This document shows, piece by piece, positions 1 to 8,700 of a stretch of DNA of 20,000 nt; position 1 is the first letter of the stretch; every line of letters begins with the position of its first letter. Where the stretch lies: the NCBI GenBank assembly GCA_023515795.1, contig JALGPX010000050.1, positions 53,508 to 73,507 of the forward strand, given 5' to 3'. The position numbers and the translations under genes are program-made. This DNA is from Amoeboaphelidium occidentale. Taxonomy: Eukaryota. The notes under the pieces are model-generated. The model was given only the letters and a program-made list of their open reading frames with translations. It was not told the origin of the DNA and did no database searches.

Positions 1-1341
1 GTCGGCCATCTTGCAGTAGTAAACTCCTTGCTGGTGGCGGATGGATCGTTGTTTTCAGCATCGGACGATAAGTCAATAATTCAATGGTCGCTGGAGAGAC
101 GCGATATTGTGAGAACATACAAAAGGTATTCGGCCGCTGCACTGGGTCATACTGGCCCTGTTAATGCGATTACTTTTTGCTCTGGACTTTTACTATCTGT
201 CGGAAAAGATGACACGCTTAGAGTTTGGAACATTGACACTGGAAACCAAGTGGATCAATTTCGATACTTTAAGTCTGCTACAGCTGTTATTTGTCATAAC
301 AATATTTCATACGCAGGTAGTGAGGATTTCTCCGTATTAATGTTTGATTTGGAGAAAATCAATGTGCAAAGTGGACCAGAAACGTCCAGAATTAAAACAA
401 TAAGTACCAAAAAGAGGAAACGGTCCAAAAATGTTCGAGCAACCAGGGAAAGCGAAGACTTATCTCAACGCTGGATCGTTCTGATTATTGCTAGCTCGTC
501 AGTATTAGTAATACTCATTACTGGTTTTGTTTTCTACGTATGGAGGTCCAAAATAGCATCCAAGTCCGCCTCGCCTACTGTTAGCAGTACAGCAGATTCA
601 ACTTTTACAGAAATGGATCTTCAAACTGTCGTTAATTCTGTAATGGGTATTTCAAAACACGCGGAGTATATTATTGACAATTCAGTGGTTGCAAAAGTAA
701 AGAAGATTGCAACTGGCGGAGGCGGAGATCTTTTTCTGTGCAAAGTTATGGATCCGCGTCTTGTTAAGACAACTGGTGACTTTGTGGTTCAAAAGTTGGT
801 GTTTGTTAACAACAAGTTAAAGGAAGAGGCTTTTTATCAGGAGGTTGGAATTATGGTTATGCTTTCGTCATTCCCACACTTTTGCAAAATTCTTGGCTAC
901 ACTGAGAAACCGTTATCGATTATTATGCGCTATTACTTAGAAGGATCTCTATTCGATTGGATCAGAAACAGAAGCCTTAGCAGGTCAATCGCAATTCAAA
1001 TTCTACTGGAAGTGTCTAGAGCATTGAAAGTAATGCATTCTAATTATCTGGCTCATTGTGATTTAAAGTCCCAAAATATTCTTGTTGAGATCGTGAATGG
1101 CATTCCAGCTTTCCGTTTGACGGATTTCGGCATCACAGAAATCCTTTCGGATAGAATAATCGCATCGAAGGCTTTTCGTGTTGTCAATTTGCGTGGTCTA
1201 TCAATTCTATATTCTTCACCAGAAGCCTTCGTTTGTTACAAAACGAAACATTACGTAGGTGTTGATTTTAAGAAGTTTGATGTCTACTCTCTTGCATGCC
1301 TGTCGTATGAGGTTCTGACACAAAAATCGCCATGGAACTGA
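1..1341 (+). CDS. WD40-ectodomain receptor-like kinase A (5'-partial): last WD40 repeats, basic linker, TM helix, C-terminally truncated non-RD kinase
   Basis: Frame is open from base 1 (VGHLAVVNSL...), so the TTG at 28 is not the start. WD40 motifs (GHTGPVNAI...DDTLRVWN). Hydrophobic helix WIVLIIASSSVLVILITGFVFYVW at about 472-543. Kinase motifs GGGGDLF, VVQK, FYQEVGIM, HCDLKSQN (1054-1077), TDFG, YSSPE, DVYS. Ends SPWN-TGA. Colinear with the last exons of genes B and C. Confidence 0.92.
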   Translation, partial: VGHLAVVNSLLVADGSLFSASDDKSIIQWSLERRDIVRTYKRYSAAALGHTGPVNAITFCSGLLLSVGKDDTLRVWNIDTGNQVDQFRYFKSATAVICHNNISYAGSEDFSVLMFDLEKINVQSGPETSRIKTISTKKRKRSKNVRATRESEDLSQRWIVLIIASSSVLVILITGFVFYVWRSKIASKSASPTVSSTADSTFTEMDLQTVVNSVMGISKHAEYIIDNSVVAKVKKIATGGGGDLFLCKVMDPRLVKTTGDFVVQKLVFVNNKLKEEAFYQEVGIMVMLSSFPHFCKILGYTEKPLSIIMRYYLEGSLFDWIRNRSLSRSIAIQILLEVSRALKVMHSNYLAHCDLKSQNILVEIVNGIPAFRLTDFGITEILSDRIIASKAFRVVNLRGLSILYSSPEAFVCYKTKHYVGVDFKKFDVYSLACLSYEVLTQKSPWN

Positions 1342-1387
1342 ATTAATAAAACACTACTAAAACGCATTGTCAATGCCTTCAATTAAT
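1342..1387. terminator. 46-bp shared 3' region between convergent kinase genes, with candidate poly(A) signal
   Basis: AATAAA at 1345-1350 just after the gene A stop. Palindrome GCATTG-T-CAATGC at 1364-1376. ATTAAT follows the stop codon on both strands. Confidence 0.35.
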
Positions 1388-4132
1388 CTATTTGAATTTT
1401 GACCACGGTGTTCGTCTGGAAATCATCTCGTAAAGTAAGGATGCCCAAGAGTAAACATCTCCCGCTTTGAAGGTATCCGCACTATCGCTAAAAACAGTTT
1501 TAGCTCTTTGTCTTTTAAATGTCTCAGGTGAAGCATAGGCAAACGATAATCCTCTAATGTTTGAAACATTGAAACCGTTAACCACCAAACTCATAGAAAG
1601 AACTTGAGTGATACCGAAATCAGTCAGAACACAAAATGCAAAACCATCCTTATCAGTATCAATTAAAACATTAGCACTCTTGATGTCTGAATGCGACAAA
1701 TCGTGCTGATGAAGAGCACTTATTCCAGAAGCAATATCGGAGATGAAATGCAGCATGATTCTTTTTGTGATTCTTTTCTCGTTCTTTATGAATTTATCCA
1801 ATGGTCCAAGGCGATAATGCTTCATAAGGATACTCAGAGGCTCTGATCTACAATAACCAATTATCTTTGCAATGTTTTTATGGTTCTTCAGCATTGCCAT
1901 AATGCTCAACTCTTGTTCAAACAGTTTAGCTTGTCTAGCGTTCAAGTTCTGGTTACTTGAATTGGAAATCAATCGCTTTACAACTATGACATTTCCAAAA
2001 ATACTGGTCTTTTCATCCAAAGCATCGGCCAGGTACACCTCACCTCCCCCTCCTTGTGAAAGTTTTGACGTTACTCGAAAGCTTGTATCTGGTACTTCCA
2101 TGTAAGCTGGGACCGAAAGCACTTCCTGGCTAAAGGAAACAAGAGTGGCTGTCTCTGTTGAATACGAATCAGGTCTAGCAGGAGTTACCTTATAGACCGG
2201 CGGAACAGATGGGAGGTAGATTGCTGACTTGAATTGAGCGTAATCACGTCTTTGCCAATATCTTTTATAAAAGAAATAGGCTGCCAATAATATTAAAAGT
2301 AGTGCGAAACCAGCGCCACCAATTATTATATAGATTAAAGTAGACAAATCTAGGAGATTTTCTAATGTCACTGAATTGTCCGGACTAACGCTAGGATTAA
2401 CCGATCGAGAAATCAATGCTCTTCTTGAGGATCTGTTGTCGTCAACATCACTAACAGAAGTTTTGTTAGAGTAAGTAGAACTCGGATGAAAAGTTGTTAA
2501 TGCTGATGCAACAGAAGAAGTTATTTGACTCTCATCCCTTATTGCTGAAGTTTGGTATTCCCCAATCCTTGTTTCCGCTGCTGTTGTTAATATTTCTGTT
2601 GATATTGCTTTCTCTGAAGCAGTTGTCGTGGAAGTTTCTTCTAATTTCGTAGTTGGTGTAGAAACAGGCGGTACCTCTGAGGCAGTTGAAGTAGAAGAAA
2701 ATTCAGACGTAATTTCGGTTGTGCTCGTAGTTTGTGATGTTGTGGTTGTGCTACTTGTAGATCCCACGACTAGTTCTGGTGCAGCAAATTGAAGTTTCCA
2801 AAGATCGCCATTATCTTGCCCGCCGAAAATGTATGACGCGTTCATGCTACTAAAAAATGCAGAACCACCTCTCCATCCTGGTCGATTTTGACTGCTTTGT
2901 ACACGATAGGTCCCGTATTTTGGTGCAATCTTGGAGCAAGTATCATTAATGACAAGGTCCCATGTAAAGGTTTGAACATCAAACAGCCACTCGTCTGAAC
3001 ATTCATAGAAATCAATATTGGCATCCGTATAATCACCTCCTTGAAGCAAAATCTGATTCCTTCCCGCATCGTACAACCAATTTGGAGATATCTTTGCTGC
3101 TGGATAAGCATAGCGAGAGTCAACCGTATAATTCCCAGGATCGTATGCATATGGTGACCCTCCAACAAATGCCCACATACCAGCTGTGATATTGTACATC
3201 CAAGTCTCTGATGTGCAAGCCCAGGTAGTATCCATAGATCCTCTAATTGGGAGAGGTCCACAACCTCCTGTAACAAAAAGGAGGTTGTCATGTGTTACAA
3301 TCATGGATGCTGTTCTTCGTAAACCTGGCTTATTTCCACTACTCAATGCACCATAAGACTCGATTATTGAGAACTCATTGGTGCTTGAGCTCCACAGGGC
3401 AGTAAATCGGTTGTTCGACACGCGATACCTCCAAAGAGTATTGGAAGTATATCCAGAGCCGTCGCCACCAAATATGTAAAGAAGTTTATCATTATGGCTG
3501 TATGCAAATGCAGCGACTTGAAGACCGCCGATATTTGTAGTGTCAGACTCTTCCATGGGAACAAATACAGGCATCTCATCAAGCTCTGTTGTTCCCCCTA
3601 TCCACGTAAACATGTTTGTATCAACATCATAAGACCAAAGGTCATTCAAATAACCAAAGTAGGGGTAAATTGTTTTTCCTATGCCTCCAATTATGAAGAA
3701 CTTTCTCAAATCAGAATCATAGAAGTATATAAACTCCCCACGAGAACCCGGATAAATACTACTGTTTGTATCTCCAATAGAAGTATAAACTCCAACTGCT
3801 TCTACCTGATTGCTTCCGTGAATCCATGTCCAAGCAGAGGAAGCATCTCTTGAGAAATCGCATTTCCACAAATCATTAGTTCTATCATACCCCAATTCAT
3901 AGTCTGAGTATGTATAACCCCCAAATACATATGCAGCGTTTTTTAGATCATCAACGAACATGCCTGAGTAATGCCGTGACCCGACTTTATTTGATGCTAG
4001 ATAGACACCTCTCGATGGCGGATACACTGCGCCTGTTCTATAAGTTTCACCTCCCCACCAGGTCCAATTGTACGGGATAGACTGTGTAAAGACTGAGGAT
4101 GCTAATAGTGGCGCCAACAGTTGAATGATCAT
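1388..4132 (-). CDS. Kelch/galactose-oxidase-type beta-propeller receptor-like kinase, 914 aa, intronless
   Basis: Signal peptide MIIQLLAPLLASSVFTQ. Kelch-like repeats (YVFGG...NDLW, FIIGG...NDLWSYD...W, LYIFGG...NTLWRY, LFVTGG, LLQGG, YIFGG). Ser/Thr-rich stalk. TM LIYIIIGGAGFALLLILLAAYFFY-KR at about 2267-2338. Kinase motifs GGGGEVY, VVKR, FEQELSIM, HSDIKSAN (1670-1693), TDFG, YASPE, DVYSW. Ends TPWSKFK-TAG. Confidence 0.93.
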   Translation of the reverse strand: MIIQLLAPLLASSVFTQSIPYNWTWWGGETYRTGAVYPPSRGVYLASNKVGSRHYSGMFVDDLKNAAYVFGGYTYSDYELGYDRTNDLWKCDFSRDASSAWTWIHGSNQVEAVGVYTSIGDTNSSIYPGSRGEFIYFYDSDLRKFFIIGGIGKTIYPYFGYLNDLWSYDVDTNMFTWIGGTTELDEMPVFVPMEESDTTNIGGLQVAAFAYSHNDKLLYIFGGDGSGYTSNTLWRYRVSNNRFTALWSSSTNEFSIIESYGALSSGNKPGLRRTASMIVTHDNLLFVTGGCGPLPIRGSMDTTWACTSETWMYNITAGMWAFVGGSPYAYDPGNYTVDSRYAYPAAKISPNWLYDAGRNQILLQGGDYTDANIDFYECSDEWLFDVQTFTWDLVINDTCSKIAPKYGTYRVQSSQNRPGWRGGSAFFSSMNASYIFGGQDNGDLWKLQFAAPELVVGSTSSTTTTSQTTSTTEITSEFSSTSTASEVPPVSTPTTKLEETSTTTASEKAISTEILTTAAETRIGEYQTSAIRDESQITSSVASALTTFHPSSTYSNKTSVSDVDDNRSSRRALISRSVNPSVSPDNSVTLENLLDLSTLIYIIIGGAGFALLLILLAAYFFYKRYWQRRDYAQFKSAIYLPSVPPVYKVTPARPDSYSTETATLVSFSQEVLSVPAYMEVPDTSFRVTSKLSQGGGGEVYLADALDEKTSIFGNVIVVKRLISNSSNQNLNARQAKLFEQELSIMAMLKNHKNIAKIIGYCRSEPLSILMKHYRLGPLDKFIKNEKRITKRIMLHFISDIASGISALHQHDLSHSDIKSANVLIDTDKDGFAFCVLTDFGITQVLSMSLVVNGFNVSNIRGLSFAYASPETFKRQRAKTVFSDSADTFKAGDVYSWASLLYEMISRRTPWSKFK

Positions 4133-4333
4133 TTGTTGAAAGTACCATTCGAAGCGCTAATCAGTAAGCTTGCAAATCATGACACCAGCGGATTGGTTGA
4201 AATGTAAACTGAGCATAACTAAAACTTTGCTTGTTTAGCATGTTCAGGATGCATTATGAAAATATGGTTACAATTGAGTGTTCAAGGACTGTGCTATAAT
4301 ATATCGGAAAAGATAAATTGCTAATGTTTATTC

Positions 4334-4816
4334 TCATGATCCACGACCGCCTCCATTGCCATATCCACGACGAGGTTGCGGCGGTGGTGGAGGTGGGCGA
4401 CGTGGTGAAGGTGGACGAGGAGGTGGTGGAGGAGGCATGCGCGGTGGAGGTGGGGGTACATGTGGTGGCGAAGTTGTCATTGGTGGTGGCGGAGGCACAA
4501 CAGTAGAAGTTTCAGGCCGTGACAGGGTGCTGCTCGTTGGTTGAGGAGGTGGAGTACTGCTTGTTTGAGTTGGTGGAACTGGTGGAACCAAAGTTGTTTC
4601 TTGTGCTGGATATGATATAGATACAGTTGTTGTCGGACCTACTGGTGGAAGAGGCGTCATGTACGTGACAGCTGGTGGAGATGGAATATGTGTCGACAGA
4701 TCAGGAAGAGCAGACGTTTTTCGTGCTGAACCAGAACAAGGCGCAGCTCCATTCGCGTCGGGAGCAGCAAATGTTGTCAGTGAAAGCAAAGTTGAAACAA
4801 TCAGGATGATCTTCAT
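4334..4816 (-). CDS. Small secreted proline/threonine-rich (extensin-like) protein, 160 aa
   Basis: ATG start and clear signal peptide MKIILIVSTLLSLTTFA. Pro/Thr/Ser-rich body, poly-Pro runs with Arg, and C-terminal RRGYGNGGGRGS. No TM or GPI-like hydrophobic tail. Confidence 0.8.
   Translation of the reverse strand: MKIILIVSTLLSLTTFAAPDANGAAPCSGSARKTSALPDLSTHIPSPPAVTYMTPLPPVGPTTTVSISYPAQETTLVPPVPPTQTSSTPPPQPTSSTLSRPETSTVVPPPPPMTTSPPHVPPPPPRMPPPPPPRPPSPRRPPPPPPQPRRGYGNGGGRGS
4375..4497. repeat. Low-complexity (GGN)n tract encoding poly-proline on the minus strand
   Basis: Runs of ggt/gga/ggc triplets, GC-rich relative to the rest of the window. Confidence 0.75.
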
Positions 4817-5756
4817 AATACAATGTCGATTGCCAAAACAATAGATTTAGAAATGACATTGACAGTTACGGCCGCTTTTTATGCGATGCTTGTGTTAGTC
4901 GCACATCTTTTTATTGGCTAGGGAGTTACACAATTTAGATCTCATGTCGCACAATTACATGAATCCACGTTACACAGGTTTGACAGGTGATTTAGAAGAA
5001 AACCTGTACGATTTTCCTTAAAATAATCACCGTTTATGAAAACAAAATTAAGCTCTTCTTTTTGCTCATTATAGCGGCAAAATTCTATCACCTCTTGAAC
5101 ATAACGTTGAAACAAAGGGTTCAAAATGCAGATGATAGAGGTGTGCTCATTAATGGACCATTCAAGATACACTTCATTAAGGTGAAATTGGAACGACCAC
5201 GTTTGAAGGCACTAGAGTAATGCTAAATAAAGTGATTATCATTGTTTTCAGAGTGATTATATCTCGGTTTAAAACGTCGCAATATTCCTTATTGGCAACG
5301 GCTCGCACTTTCATGCTAAGAGATAATTGAGTTAGTCAAAGCCCTATCATTCTTTTTTTGTAGAAAATGTTTCATAGCAATGTATGCGCGTTATTATGAC
5401 AAATAGTTATTTCAAGCTTTATCCCGTTGCTGCCGACAAGACTCACGAAAAGAAATTTGATTATAACTTTTCATCACATTCCATCTGGGCTAGGGCCCCG
5501 ATGTGTAGCAGATTCTCTTGATGATGTCTTTGTATAGTGTAAGTCAATGCCTGAATGAGCGGTCTTCGCCATGAGCCCAGCAAGGAAATTTGCGTACCTA
5601 TCAACAATGATATTGCTGTATTTCAAGGTATATTGATTTTTATCAACGGAGCTATGTTTCATGAAAAGAGCTGTCAGACAAGCCGATGTTTGAAATTCTT
5701 TGAGAGTACATTCTAGTTGTTTCCCTGCGATATCCGTTTGAAAAACAGCCTTTTTT

Positions 5757-8700
5757 ATGATGATCATCCGAATGTTCATATCTTTACTGTCATTACTAAG
5801 CTTAGTCTCTTTGGTTTCAACGCTGCAGCATGAGAAGAGCTTTGTTTTTGATAGTTCTGCCTCTAATGTTGTAGACATAGCGCTGTACAATCGGTCATTG
5901 CTCATAACAGCTTCAAATGCAGTAGTCCAGAAGGATATTGAAACAGGCATTTTTCTTAGAAAATTTTCTGCGCATTCAGGCAAAATTCGTAGTTTTTTGG
6001 TTGTCAATGGCTCTATAATGATAACCTCAGCTTGGGACGATATGATCATCGTTTGGGACTTGGCTACTGGCTCAATTCTGAGGAGAATATGGCTGGAAGC
6101 CTTAAATACATATCCTTCGAGCATAAAGTTAGAGAGCAATAGTTTGTTTGTATGTGGACTTGATGGTAGGGTAAGGATTGTGAATATGATGTCTGGTAGA
6201 GTTGTTCAAACAACCTGTAATTTCTTTCTTGATTTCTTATGATTTCTTTAGCCCTGAACGAAGAAGTAAATGTAATTGCTGTTAAAGATGATAATTTTTA
6301 TGTCGGAAAACGAGGAATATCATCTCAGTTGGAAAAATATTCTACAACTTCCAGATCTTTACAACTGATGTATGTGGGCCATAAAGATTCTGTCTTCAGT
6401 TTGTCTCTGCAAGAGGGGTTGCTTTTTTCTGGCTCATATGATACCAACATTGTCTGTTGGGATGAAATGAATGGACAAATAATCCGTATATATGAAGGCC
6501 ATCCGGCACCAATTCAGGTTATTTCTATTTTTGAAAATTATTTGTATTCCAGTGGTGAACAAGGTATTATATTGAAATGGAATATTGATTCCGGAATCAT
6601 TGAAACAAGCTTTCCGGCTCTTCATGGAAGCACCATTTGGTGTTTGGCGTTTGAGAGCGGAAGTTTGTTCTCAGGGTCTATTGATACAACTGTTGTCCGG
6701 TGGGATGTAAACTCTTCATCCGCACTTTTTTCATATGAGGGTCGCATAATCAAGCTTGGCTGTCTTGTTTTGTGGAAAAATGCCGTTATAGCTGGAGGTA
6801 ATAATCCACTATTGTCGATTCAGGACAAGTCGCAAGATTCTGTTTCACCAGTCGAAATTACGTCTGGGCATTTCGGTGATGTTATCTGTATGATATTACT
6901 CGATGACACTCTTTTTTCAGGAAGTACCGATACGACCATTCGCCGCCGAAGTTTGATCGACTACGCTGATTTGAAAATTTATTACGGTAAGAATTTGCCC
7001 ATCAGGATTTAAATTTTATAGGCCATTCCAATATTGTTAGTTCGTTGGCTTTAGACGAAAATTACATGTATTCTGGTTCTTATGATTCTGTGATTAAACG
7101 TTGGAATATATCAACCGGATCTGTGGATAAAGAGTATATTGGTCATACAGATTTAGTCTGCGGTATTCAAGTGAAAAGAGAGTTTCTTTATTCTGCTTCT
7201 TTTAATAATGATTTGAGAGTTTGGGATAAAGAATTGGAGATCACGATCAATGCTTTTCAGTGTAAGTTTGTACCGCGAATTAACAGTTTAGATTTCAAAG
7301 AAGTGTTCTGCATCTTCGTTTATGATGATTTTCTTATTGTGGGAACATTTGGTATCGACATTATTTCGACCTCCACTGGTGTACTGTTGGCTGGACAAAA
7401 AGGTTTAACACGGAAGTCTTCACCACTAATTTTATAGAAAATACTATTTGCTTTACAATTATAGCTACAAAGTTGCTTGTTTATTCAGGGCACGGCGATG
7501 GTGTGATAAGAGGAAGAGATCTGATGACTTTAAATGTTTTGCAATCGTTTCAGGGCCACAAAGATAATGTGATGTCACTTTGTTTGGATGAGGCTGGTAT
7601 CTTATTTTCGACGGGGTTTGATGGCTCTATTAAGAAATGGAACATGGCTTCCAGAAGAGTTTCTTTTTCATATGAAAATCGAAATGGTTCTGTAACAGCA
7701 TTGGTTGCAACGAGTGGACTCTTGGTGGTCGGAACAAGGCAAGGATTAATCAACTCGTTTGACATACGAACTGCGTACATAATCAAGTCCACAGCTCACC
7801 ATCAAAGTTCTGTGACATCCTTGACTATATATGATGGGATGATCTACTCAACTGGGAGGGACGGGATTGTTCTTGCATTTCGTCCGGCTGATACCTCGAT
7901 CTCGGATGTTTTGTACGATACAGAGACTCTCCCTATCGCAAGCGCGACTCTCAACATGTTAAATTTGATAATAGTCAGAGGTGAGAACGAGGTTATTTTT
8001 TTACCCAGGACGAACTCAAGTAGTTCAGTGAGAAGTCTTAATTATGCTTTGCCAATTGTGAGTATCGCAGCCAATGATGATATGATATTTGCTGGCACAA
8101 AGGCTGGGTCGATTGTCGTTTGGAGCGCCACATCTTTGCAGACTTTGTTTTATATGGAAGAACACACTTCTCAAGTCAATTATCTTTTGCTGACAGATTC
8201 TTCGCTCTATTCCGCATCAAATGACAAAACCGTCATCAAATGGTCTGTAGAGCAAAGACGAAAGATGATTGTGTTTAAAAGATTTTCTTCGACGGCACTT
8301 GGACACTTGGGCCCCGTGAATTCTTTATCTTTGTCCGGCGATACTTTGTTTTCTGCTGGTTCAGATTTATCAACTCGGCGATGGAATGCACAAACAGGCC
8401 GCCATGAAGATGTGTACTTTGGAGCCACAAAGTCTGTAATGTCTGTTTTTTGCTTCAACGGATCTGTTTTTGCTGGTAGTGAAGATTTCTCGGTGCTGAT
8501 GTATTCACGTAACCTTCCGTTGAATGCCGCAACTCGAAATGCGATTAGCCTTTCAACAAAAACTAAGCGAGGGGTCAGAAGAAAGATTGTTTCGAGAACT
8601 AATTACTCTGGCTCTGAAAATTCACAAACTGTATTTTTAGTTGGTGGAATCGTTGCCTTATTGATAATTGCCGTTACCGCTATTTGGGCATTATTCTATT

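Noticed and set aside
4318..4544. Gly-rich and Val/Glu-rich plus-strand ORFs
   Set aside because: Antisense reflections of the poly-Pro codons. The minus-strand ORF has the signal peptide.
4942..5172. 76-aa minus-strand ORF
   Set aside because: GTG start and no recognisable domain. It could be an exon or relic but cannot be supported from sequence alone.
5231..5260. 9-bp direct repeat AGTGATTAT (two copies) in the divergent intergenic region
   Set aside because: Only two short AT-rich copies, compatible with chance.
5474..6139. 221-aa minus-strand ORF
   Set aside because: Largely antisense to exon 1 of gene B with no recognisable motifs; a likely shadow ORF. The same applies to the small ORFs at 1872, 2842, 3364, 3494, 6434, 7550, 8207, 8668, 10040, 11764, 11855, 15096, 17501, 17544, 17947 and 18539.
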